From Eledone cirrhosa (Eukaryota), in contig OZ024756.1 in assembly GCA_964016885.1 (NCBI GenBank), positions 1,550,001 through 1,614,000 of the forward strand: a DNA stretch of 64,000 nucleotides, written 5' to 3'. Position numbers and translations under genes: made by a program. The stretch's first letter is position 1; the number at the start of each line of letters is the position of its first letter. The notes under the pieces were generated by a model. It had not been told where the DNA came from and searched no databases. It worked only from the letters and a program-made list of their open reading frames with translations. Shown piece by piece: positions 49,504-61,500 of the stretch.

Positions 49504-52500
49504 AAGTGTGCAGTGTCAGTGATCTGGTCCTCTGTGTTGCTGTCTTCAGTACATCTATGAAGTGTGCAGTGTCAGTGATCTGGTCCTCTGTCTTGCTGTC
49601 TTCAGTTCATCTATGAAGTGTGCAGTGTCAGTGATCTGGTCCCCTGTCTTGCTGTCTTCAGTTCATCTATGAAGTGTGCAGTGTCAGTGATCTGGTCCTC
49701 TGTCTTGCTGTCTTCAGTTCATCTATGAAGTGTGCAGTGTCAGTGATCTGGTCCTCTGTCTTGCTGTCTTCAGTACATCTATGAAGTGTGCAGTGTCAGT
49801 GATCTGGTCCTCTGTCTTGCTGTCTTCAGTACATCTATGAAGTGTGCAGTGTCAGTGATCTGGTCCTCTGTCTTGCTGTCTTCAGTTCATCTATGAAGTG
49901 TGCAGTGTCAGTGATCTGGTCCTCTGTCTTGCTGTCTTCAGTACATCTATGAAGTGTGCAGTGTCAGTGATCTGGTCCTCTGTCTTGCTGTCTTCAGTAC
50001 ATCTATGAAGTGTGCAGTGTCAGTGATCTGGTCCTCTGTCTTGTTGTCTTCAGTTCATCTATGAAGTGTGCAGTGTCAGTGATCTGGTCCTCTGTCTTGC
50101 TGTCTTCAGTACATTTATGAAGTGTGTAGTGTCAGTGATCTGGTCCTCTATCTTGCTCTCTTCAGTTCATCTATGAAGTGTGCAGTGTCAGTGATCTGGT
50201 CCTCCGTCTTGCTGTCTTCAGTTCATCTATGAAGTGTGCAGTGTCAGTGATCTGGTCCTCCGTCTTGCTGTCTTCAGTACATCTATGAAGTGTGCAGTGT
50301 CAGTGATCTGGTCCTCTGTCTTGCTGTCTTCAGTACATCTATGAAGTGTGCAGTGTCAGTGATCTGGTCCTCTGTCTTGCTGTCTTCAGTACATCTATGA
50401 AGTGTGCAGTGTCAATGATCTGGTCCTCTGTCTTGCTGACTTCAGTTCATCTATGAAGTGTGCAGTGTCAGTGATCTGGTCCTCCGTCTTGCTGTCTTCA
50501 GTTCATCTATGAAGTGTGCAGTGTCAGTGATCTGGTCCTCCGTCTTGCTGTCTTCAGTACATCTATGAAGTGTGCAGTGTCAGTGATCTGGTCCTCTATC
50601 TTGCCGTCTTCAGTTCATCTATGAAGTGTGTAGTGTCAGTGATCTGTTCCTCTGTCTTGCTGTCTTCAGTACATCTATGAAGTGTGCAGTGTCAGTGATC
50701 AGGTCCTCTGTCTTGCTGTCTTCAGTTCATCTATGAAGTGTGCAGTGTCAGTGATCAGGTCCTCTGTCTTGCTGTCTTCAGTACATCTATGAAGTGTGCA
50801 GTGTCAGTGATCTAGTCCTCTGTCTTCCTGTCTTCAGTTCATCTATGAAGTGTGCAGTGTCAGTGATCTTGTCCGCTGTCTTGCCGTCTTCAGTACATCT
50901 ATGAAGTGTGCAATGTCAGTGATCTCGTCCTCTGTCTTGCTGTCATCAGTACATCAATGAAGTGTGCAGTGTCAGTGATCTCGTCCTCTGTCTTGCTGTC
51001 TTCAGTACATCTATGAAGTGTGCAGTGTCAGTGATCTCGTCCTCTGTCTTGCTGTCTTCAGTACATCTATGAGGTGTGCAGTGTCAGTGATCTGGTCCTC
51101 TGTCTTGCTGTCTTCAGTACATCTATGAAGTGTGCAGTGTCAGTGATCTGGTCCTCTATCTTGCTGTCTTCAGTACATCTATGAAGTGTGCAGTGTCAGT
51201 GATCTGGTCCTCTGTCTTGCTGTCTTCAGTACATCTATGAAGTGTGCAGTGTCAGTGATCTGGTCCTCTGTCTTGTTGTCTTCAGTTCATCTATGAAGTG
51301 TGCAGTGTCAGTGATCTTGTCCTCTGTCTTGCTGTCTTCAGTTCATCTATGAAGTGTGTAGTGTCAGTGATCTGGTCCTCTGTCTTGCTGTCTTCAGTAC
51401 ATCTATGAAGTGTGCAGTGTCAGTGATCAGGTCCTCTGTCTTGCTGTCTTCAGTACATCTATGAAGTGTGCAGTGTCAGTGATCTTGTCCTCTGTCTTGC
51501 TGTCTTCAGTACATCTATGAAGTGTGCAGTGTCAGTGATCTGGTCCTCTGTCTTGCTGTCTTCAGTACATCTATGAAGTGTGCAGTGTCAGTGATCTGGT
51601 CCTCTGTCTTGCTGTCTTCAGTACATCTATGAAGTGTGCAGTGTCAGTGATCTGGTCCTCTGTCTTGCTGTCTTCAGTTCATCTATGAAGTGTGCAGTGT
51701 CAGTGATCTGGTCCTCTGTCTTGCTGTCTTCAGTTCATCTATGAAGTGTGCAGTGTCAGTGATCTGGTCCTCTGTCTTGCTGTCTTCAGTACATCTATGA
51801 AGTGTGCAGTGTCAGTGATCTGGTCCTCTGTCTTGCTGTCTTCAGTACATCTATGAAGTGTGCAGTGTCAGTGATCTGGTCCTCTGTCTTGTTGTCTTCA
51901 GTTCATCTATGAAGTGTGCAGTGTCAGTGATCTGGTCCTCTGTCTTGCTGTCTTCAGTACATTTATGAAGTGTGTAGTGTCAGTGATCTGGTCCTCTATC
52001 TTGCTGTCTTCAGTTCATCTATGAAGTGTGCAGTGTCAGTGATCTGGTCCTCCGTCTTGCTGTCTTCAGTTCATCTATGAAGTGTGCAGTGTCAGTGATC
52101 TGGTCCTCTGTCTTGCTGTCTTCAGTACATCTATGAAGTGTGCAGTGTCAATGATCTGGTCCTCTGTCTTGCTGACTTCAGTTCATCTATGAAGTGTGCA
52201 GTGTCAGTGATCTGGTCCTCCGTCTTGCTGTCTTCAGTTCATCTATGAAGTGTGCAGTGTCAGTGATCTGGTCCTCCGTCTTGCTGTCTTCAGTACATCT
52301 ATGAAGTGTGCAGTGTCAGTGATCTGGTCCTCTATCTTGCCGTCTTCAGTTCATCTATGAAGTGTGTAGTGTCAGTGATCTGTTCCTCTGTCTTGCTGTC
52401 TTCAGTACATCTATGAAGTGTGCAGTGTCAGTGATCAGGTCCTCTGTCTTGCTGTCTTCAGTTCATCTATGAAGTGTGCAGTGTCAGTGATCAGGTCCTC

Positions 52501-55500
52501 TGTCTTGCTGTCTTCAGTACATCTATGAAGTGTGCAGTGTCAGTGATCTAGTCCTCTGTCTTCCTGTCTTCAGTTCATCTATGAAGTGTGCAGTGTCAGT
52601 GATCTTGTCCGCTGTCTTGCCGTCTTCATTACATCTATGAAGTGTGCAATGTCAGTGATCTCGTCTTCTGTCTTGCTGTTATCAGTACATCAATGAAGTG
52701 TGCAGTGTCAGTGATCTCGTCCTCTGTCTTGCTGTCTTCAGTACATCTATGAAGTGTGCAGTGTCAGTGATCTCGTCCTCTGTCTTGCTGTCTTCAGTAC
52801 ATCTATGAGGTGTGCAGTGTCAGTGATCTGGTCCTCTGTCTTGCTGTCTTCAGTACATCTATGAAGTGTGCAGTGTCAGTGATCTGGTCCTCTATCTTGC
52901 TGTCTTCAGTACATCTATGAAGTGTGCAGTGTCAGTGATCTGGTCCTCTGTCTTGTTGTCTTCAGTTCATCTATGAAGTGTGCAGTGTCAGTGATCTTGT
53001 CCTCTGTCTTGCTGTCTTCAGTTCATCTATGAAGTGTGTAGTGTCAGTGATCTGGTCCTCTGTCTTGCTGTCTTCAGTACATCTATGAAGTGTGCAGTGT
53101 CAGTGATCAGGTCCTCTGTCTTGCTGTCTTCAGTACATCTATGAAGTGTGCAGTGTCAGTGATCTTGTCCTCTGTCTTGCTGTCTTCAGTACATCTATGA
53201 AGTGTGCAGTGTCAGTGATCTGGTCCTCTGTCTTGCTGTCTTCAGTACATCTATGAAGTGTGCAGTGTCAGTGATCTGGTCCTCTGTCTTGCTGTCTTCA
53301 GTACATCTATGAAGTGTGCAGTGTCAGTGATCTGGTCCTCTGTCTTGCTGTCTTCAGTACATCTATGAAGTGTGCAGTGTCAGTGATCTGGTCCTCTGTC
53401 TTGCTGTCTTCAGTTCATCTATGAAGTGTGCAGTGTCAGTGATCTGGTCCTCTGTCTTGCTGTCTTCAGTTCATCTATGAAGTGTGCAGTGTCAGTGATC
53501 TGGTCCTCTGTCTTGCTGTCTTCAGTACATCTATGAAGTGTGCAGTGTCAGTGATCTGGTCCTCTGTCTTGCTGTCTTCAGTACATCTATGAAGTGTGCA
53601 GTGTCAGTGATCTGGTCCTCTGTCTTGTTGTCTTCAGTTCATCTATGAAGTGTGCAGTGTCAGTGATCTGGTCCTCTGTCTTGCTGTCTTCAGTTCATCT
53701 ATGAAGTGTGCAGTGTCAGTGATCTGGTCCTCTGTCTTGTTGTCTTCAGTTCATCTATGAAGTGTGCAGTGTCAGTGATCTCGTCCTCTGTCTTGCTGTC
53801 TTCAGTACATCTATGAGGTGTGCAGTGTCAGTGATCTGGTCCTCTGTCTTGCTGTCTTCAGTACATCTATGAAGTGTGCAGTGTCAGTGATCTGGTCCTC
53901 TATCTTGCTGTCTTCAGTACATCTATGAAGTGTGCAGTGTCAGTGATCTGGTCCTCTGTCTTGCTGTCTTCAGTACATCTATGAAGTGTGTAGTGTCATT
54001 GATCTGGTCCTCTGTCTTGCTGTCTTCAGTACATCTATGAAGTGTGCAGTGTCAGTGATCTGGTCCTCTGTCTTGCTGTCTTCAGTTCATCTATGAAGTG
54101 TGTAGTGTCATTGATCTGGTCCTCTGTCTTGCTGTCTTCAGTACATCTATGAAGTGTGCAGTGTCAGTGATCTGGTCCTCTGTCTTGCTGTCTTCAGTAC
54201 ATCTATGAAGTGTGTAGTGTCATTGATCTGGTCCTCTGTCTTGCTGTCTTCAGTACATCTATGAAGTGTGCAGTGTCAGTGATCTGGTCTTCTGTCTTGC
54301 TGTCTTCAGTTCAACTATGTATTGTGCAGTGTCAGTGATCTGGTCCTCTGTCTTTCTGTCTTCAGTACATCTATGAAGTGTGCAGTGTCAGTGATCTGGT
54401 ACTCTGTCTTGCTGTCTTCAGTACATCTATGAAGTGTGCAGTGTCAGTGATCTGGTCCTCTGTCTTGCTGTCTTCAGTTCATCTATGAAGTGTGCAGTGT
54501 CAGTGATCTGGTCCTCTGTCTTGTTGTCTTCAGTTCATCTATGAAGTGTGCAGTGTCAGTGATCTCGTCCTCTGTCTTGCTGTCTTCAGTACATCTATGA
54601 GGTGTGCAGTGTCAGTGATCTGGTCCTCTGTCTTGCTGTCTTCAGTACATCTATGAAGTGTGCAGTGTCAGTGATCTGGTCCTCTATCTTGCTGTCTTCA
54701 GTACATCTATGAAGTGTGCAGTGTCAGTGATCTGGTCCTCTGTCTTGCTGTCTTCAGTACATCTATGAAGTGTGCAGTGTCAGTGATCTGGTCCTCTGTC
54801 TTGCTGTCTTCAGTACATCTATGAAGTGTGCAGTGTCAGTGATCTGGTCCTCTGTCTTGTTGTCTTCAGTTCATCTATGAAGTGTGCAGTGTCAGTGATC
54901 TGGTCCTCTGTCTTGCTGTCTTCAGTTCATCTATGAAGTGTGCAGTGTCAGTGATCTGGTCCTCTGTCTTGTTGTCTTCAGTTCATCTATGAAGTGTGCA
55001 GTGTCAGTGATCTCGTCCTCTGTCTTGCTGTCTTCAGTACATCTATGAGGTGTGCAGTGTCAGTGATCTGGTCCTCTGTCTTGCTGTCTTCAGTACATCT
55101 ATGAAGTGTGCAGTGTCAGTGATCTGGTCCTCTATCTTGCTGTCTTCAGTACATCTATGAAGTGTGCAGTGTCAGTGATCTGGTCCTCTGTCTTGCTGTC
55201 TTCAGTACATCTATGAAGTGTGCAGTGTCAGTGATCTGGTCCTCTGTCTTGTTGTCTTCAGTTCATCTATGAAGTGTGCAGTGTCAGTGGTCTTGTCCTC
55301 TGTCTTGCTGTCTTCAGTTCATCTATGAAGTGTGTAGTGTCAGTGATCTGGTCCTCTGTCTTGCTGTCTTCAGTACATCTATGAAGTGTGCAGTGTCAGT
55401 GATCAGGTCCTCTGTCTTGCTGTCTTCAGTACATCTATGAAGTGTGCAGTGTCAGTGATCTTGTCCTCTGTCTTGCTGTCTTCAGTACATCTATGAAGTG

Positions 55501-58500
55501 TGCAGTGTCAGTGATCTGGTCCTCTGTCTTGCTGTCTTCAGTACATCTATGAAGTGTGCAGTGTCAGTGATCTGGTCCTCTGTCTTGCTGTCTTCAGTAC
55601 ATCTATGAAGTGTGCAGTGTCAGTGATCTGGTCCTCTGTCTTGCTGTCTTCAGTACATCTATGAAGTGTGCAGTGTCAGTGATCTGGTCCTCTGTCTTGC
55701 TGTCTTCAGTTCATCTATGAAGTGTGCAGTGTCAGTGATCTGGTCCTCTGTCTTGCTGTCTTCAGTTCATCTATGAAGTGTGCAGTGTCAGTGATCTGGT
55801 CCTCTGTCTTGCTGTCTTCAGTACATCTATGAAGTGTGCAGTGTCAGTGATCTGGTCCTCTGTCTTGCTGTCTTCAGTACATCTATGAAGTGTGCAGTGT
55901 CAGTGATCTGGTCCTCTGTCTTGTTGTCTTCAGTTCATCTATGAAGTGTGCAGTGGCAGTGATCTGGTCCTCTGTCTTGCTGTCTTCAGTACATTTATGA
56001 AGTGTGTAGTGTCAGTGATCTGGTCCTCTATCTTGCTGTCTTCAGTTCATCTATGAATTGTGCAGTGTCAGTGATCTGGTCCTCCGTCTTGCTGTCTTCA
56101 GTTCATCTATGAAGTGTGCAGTGTCAGTGATCTGGTCCTCTGTCTTGCTGTCTTCAGTACATCTATGAAGTGTGCAGTGTCAATGATCTGGTCCTCTGTC
56201 TTGCTGACTTCAGTTCATCTATGAAGTGTGCAGTGTCAGTGATCTGGTCCTCCGTCTTGCTGTCTTCAGTTCATCTATGAAGTGTGCAGTGTCAGTGATC
56301 TGGTCCTCCGTCTTGCTGTCTTCAGTACATCTATGAAGTGTGCAGTGTCAGTGATCTGGTCCTCTATCTTGCCGTCTTCAGTTCATCTATGAAGTGTGTA
56401 GTATCAGTGATCTGTTCCTCTGTCTTGCTGTCTTCAGTACATCTATGAAGTGTGCAGTGTCAGTGATCAGGTCCTCTGTCTTGCTGTCTTCAGTTCATCT
56501 ATGAAGTGTGCAGTGTCAGTGATCAGGTCCTCTGTCTTGCTGTCTTCAGTACATCTATGAAGTGTGCAGTGTCAGTGATCTAGTCCTCTGTCTTCCTGTC
56601 TTCAGTTCATCTATGAAGTGTGCAGTGTCAGTGATCTTGTCCGCTGTCTTGCCGTCTTCAGTACATCTATGAAGTGTGCAATGTCAGTGATCTCGTCCTC
56701 TGTCTTGCTGTCATCAGTACATCAATGAAGTGTGCAGTGTCAGTGATCTCGTCCTCTGTCTTGCTGTCTTCAGTACATCTATGAAGTGTGCAGTGTCAGT
56801 GATCTCGTCCTCTGTCTTGCTGTCTTCAGTACATCTATGAGGTGTGCAGTGTCAGTGATCTGGTCCTCTGTCTTGCTGTCTTCAGTACATCTATGAAGTG
56901 TGCAGTGTCAGTGATCTGGTCCTCTATCTTGCTGTCTTCAGTACATCTATGAAGTGTGCAGTGTCAGTGATCTGGTCCTCTGTCTTGCTGTCTTCAGTAC
57001 ATCTATGAAGTGTGCAGTGTCAGTGATCTGGTCCTCTGTCTTGTTGTCTTCAGTTCATCTATGAAGTGTGCAGTGTCAGTGATCTTGTCCTCTGTCTTGC
57101 TGTCTTCAGTTCATCTATGAAGTGTGTAGTGTCAGTGATCTGGTCCTCTGTCTTGCTGTCTTCAGTACATCTATGAAGTGTGCAGTGTCAGTGATCAGGT
57201 CCTCTGTCTTGCTGTCTTCAGTACATCTATGAAGTGTGCAGTGTCAGTGATCTTGTCCTCTGTCTTGCTGTCTTCAGTACATTTTTGAAGTGTGCAGTGT
57301 CAGTGATCTGGTCCTCTGTCTTGCTGTCTTCAGTACATCTATGAAGTGTGCAGTGTCAGTGATCTGGTCCTCTGTCTTGCTGTCTTCAGTACATCTATGA
57401 AGTGTGCAGTGTCAGTGATCTGGTCCTCTGTCTTGCTGTCTTCAGTACATCTATGAAGTGTGCAGTGTCAGTGATCTGGTCCTCTGTCTTGCTGTCTTCA
57501 GTTCATCTATGAAGTGTGCAGTGTCAGTGATCTGGTCCTCTGTCTTGCTGTCTTCAGTACATCTATGAAGTGTGCAGTGTCAGTGATCTGGTCCTCTGTC
57601 TTGCTGTCTTCAGTACATCTATGAAGTGTGCAGTGTCAGTGATCTGGTCCTCTGTCTTGTTGTCTTCAGTTCATCTATGAAGTGTGCAGTGTCAGTGATC
57701 TGGTCCTCTGTCTTGCTGTTTTCAGTTCATCTATGAAGTGTGCAGTGTCAGTGATCTGGTCCTCTGTCTTGTTGTCTTCAGTTCATCTATGAAGTGTGCA
57801 GTGTCAGTGACCTGGTCCTCTGTCTTGCTGTCTTCAGTACATCTATGAAGTGTGCAGTGTCAGTGATCTGGTCCTCTGTCTTGTTGTCTTCAGTTCATCT
57901 ATGAAGTGTGCAGTGTCAGTGATCTGGTCCTCTGTCTTGCTGTCTTCAGTACATCTATGAAGTGTGCAGTGTCAGTGATCTGGTCCTCTGTCTTGCTGTC
58001 TTCAGTACATCTATGAAGTGTGCAGTGTCAGTGATCTGGTCCTCTGTCTTGCTGTCTTCAGTACATCTATGAAGTGTGCAGTGTCAGTGATCTGGTCCTC
58101 TGTCTTGCTGTCTTCAGTTCATCTATGAAGTGTGCAGTGTCAGTGATCTGGTCCTCTGTCTTGCTGTCTTCAGTTCATCTATGAAGTGTGCAGTGTCAGT
58201 GATCTGGTCCTCTGTCTTGCTGTCTTCAGTTCATCTATGAAGTGTGCAGTGTCAGTGATCTGGTCCTCTGTCTTGCTGCCTTCAGTTCATCTATGAAGTG
58301 TGCAGTGTCAGTGATCTGGTCCTCTGTCTTCCTGTCTTCAGTTCATCTATGAAGTGTGCAGTGTCAGTGATCTGGTCCTCTGTCTTGCTGTCTTCAGTTC
58401 ATCTATGAAGTGTGCAGTGTCAGTGATCTGGTCCTCTGTCTTGCTGTCTTCAGTACATCTATGAAGTGTGCAGTGTCAGTGATCTGGTCCTCTGTGTTGC

Positions 58501-61500
58501 TGTCTTCAGTACATCTATGAAGTGTGCAGTGTCAGTGATCTGGTCCTCTGTCTTGCTGTCTTCAGTTCATCTATGAAGTGTGCAGTGTCAGTGATCTGGT
58601 CCCCTGTCTTGCTGTCTTCAGTTCATCTATGAAGTGTGCAATGTCAGTGATCTGGTCCTCTGTCTTGCTGTCTTCAGTTCATCTATGAAGTGTGCAGTGT
58701 CAGTGATCTGGTCCTCTGTCTTGCTGTCTTCAGTTCATCTATGAAGTGTGCAGTGTCAGTGATCTGGTCCTCTGTCTTGCTGTCTTCAGTACATCTATGA
58801 AGTGTGCAGTGTCAGTGATCTGGTCCTCTGTCTTGCTGTCTTCAGTACATCTATGAAGTGTGCAGTGTCAGTGATCTGGTCCTCTGTCTTGCTGTCTTCA
58901 GTTCATCTATGAAATGTGCAGTGTCAGTGATCTGGTCCTCTGTCTTGCTGTCTTCAGTATATCTATGAAGTGTGCAGTGCCAGTGATCTAGTCCTCTGTC
59001 TTGCTGTCTTCAGTTCATCTATGAAGTGTGCAGTGTCAGTGATCTTGTCCGCTGTCTTGCCGTCTTCAGTACATCTATGAAGTGTGCAGTGTCAGTGATC
59101 TCCTCCTCTGTCTTGCTGTCTTCAGTACATCAATGAAGTGTGCAGTGTCAGTGATCTCGTCCTCTGTCTTGCTGTCTTCAGTACATCTATGAAGTGTGCA
59201 GTGTCAGTGATCTCGTCCTCTGTCTTGCTGTCTTCGGTACATCTATGAAGTGTGCAGTGTCAGTGATCTGGTCCTCTATCTTGCTGTCTTCAGTACATCT
59301 ATGAAGTGTGCAGTGTCAGTGATCTGGTCCTCTGTCTTGCTGTCTTCAGTACATCTATGAAGTGTGCAGTGTCAGTGATCTGGTCCTCTGTCTTGTTGTC
59401 TTCAGTTCATCTATGAAGTGTGCAGTGTCAGTGATCTGGTCCTCTGTCTTGCTGTCTTCAGTTCATCTATGAAGTGTGTAGTGTCAGTGATCTGGTCCTC
59501 TGTCTTGCTGTCTTCAGTACATCTATGAAGTGTGCAGTGTCAGTGATCAGGTCCTCTGTCTTGCTGTCTTCAGTACATCTATGAAATGTGCAGTGTCAGT
59601 GATCTGGTCCTCTGTCTTGCTGTCTTCAGTACATCTATGAAGTGTGCAGTGTCAGTGATCTGGTCCTCTGTCTTGCTGTCTTCAGTACATCTATGATGTC
59701 TGCAGTGTCAGTGATCTGGTCCTCTGTCTTGCTGTCTTCAGTTCATCTATGAAGTGTGCAGTGTCAGTGATCTGGTCCTCTGTCTTGCTGTCTTCAGTAC
59801 ATCTATGAAGTGTGCAGTGTCAGTGATCTGGTCCTCTGTCTTGCTGTCTTCAGTACATCTATGAAGTGTGCAGTGTCAGTGATCTGGTCCTCTGTCTTGT
59901 TGTCTTCAGTTCATCTATGAAGTGTGCAGTGTCAGTGATCTGGTCCTCTGTCTTGCTGTCTTCAGTTCATCTATGAAGTGTGCAGTGTCAGTGATCTGGT
60001 CCTCTGTCTTGTTGTCTTCAGTTCATCTATGAAGTGTGCAGTGTCAGTGATCTGGTCCTCTGTCTTGCTGTCTTCAGTACATCTATGAAGTGTGCAGTGT
60101 CAGTGATCTGGTCCTCTGTCTTGCTGTCTTCAGTACATCTATGAAGTGTGCAGTGTCAGTGATCTGGTCCTCTGTCTTGCTGTCTTCAGTACATCTATGA
60201 AGTGTGCAGTGTCAGTGATCTGGTCCTCTGTCTTGCTGTCTTCAGTACATCTATGAAGTGTGCAGTGTCAGTGATCTGGTCCTCTGTCTTGCTGTCTTCA
60301 GTACATCTATGAAGTGTGCAGTGTCAGTGATCTGGTCCTCTGTCTTGCTGTCTTCAGTTCATCTATGAAGTGTGCAGTGTCAGTGATCTGGTCCTCTGTC
60401 TTGCTGTCTTCAGTTCATCTATGAAGTGTGCAGTGTCAGTGATCTGGTCCTCTGTCTTGCTGTCTTCAGTTCATCTATGAAGTGTGCAGTGTCAGTGATC
60501 TGGTCCTCTGTCTTGCTGTCTTCAGTTCATCTATGAAGTGTGCAGTGTCAGTGATCTGGTCCTCTGTCTTCCTGTCTTCAGTTCATCTATGAAGTGTGCA
60601 GTGTCAGTGATCTGGTCCTCTGTCTTGCTGTCTTCAGTTCATCTATGAAGTGTGCAGTGTCAGTGATCTGGTCCTCTGTCTTGCTGTCTTCAGTACATCT
60701 ATGAAGTGTGCAGTGTCAGTGATCTGGTCCTCTGTGTTGCTGTCTTCAGTACATCTATGAAGTGTGCAGTGTCAGTGATCTGGTCCTCTGTCTTGCTGTC
60801 TTCAGTTCATCTATGAAGTGTGCAGTGTCAGTGATCTGGTCCCCTGTCTTGCTGTCTTCAGTTCATCTATGAAGTGTGCAATGTCAGTGATCTGGTCCTC
60901 TGTCTTGCTGTCTTCAGTTCATCTATGAAGTGTGCAGTGTCAGTGATCTGGTCATCTGTCTTGCTGTCTTCAGTTCATCTATGAAGTGTGCAGTGTCAGT
61001 GATCTGGTCCTCTGTCTTGCTGTCTTCAGTACATCTATGAAGTGTGCAGTGTCAGTGATCTGGTCCTCTGTCTTGCTGTCTTCAGTACATCTATGAAGTG
61101 TGCAGTGTCAGTGATCTGGTCCTCTGTCTTGCTGTCTTCAGTTCATCTATGAAATGTGCAGTGTCAGTGATCTGGTCCTCTGTCTTGCTGTCTTCAGTAT
61201 ATCTATGAAGTGTGCAGTGCCAGTGATCTAGTCCTCTGTCTTGCTGTCTTCAGTTCATCTATGAAGTGTGCAGTGTCAGTGATCTTGTCCGCTGTCTTGC
61301 CGTCTTCAGTACATCTATGAAGTGTGCAGTGTCAGTGATCTCCTCCTCTGTCTTGCTGTCTTCAGTACATCAATGAAGTGTGCAGTGTCAGTGATCTCGT
61401 CCTCTGTCTTGCTGTCTTCAGTACATCTATGAAGTGTGCAGTGTCAGTGATCTCGTCCTCTGTCTTGCTGTCTTCGGTACATCTATGAAGTGTGCAGTGT

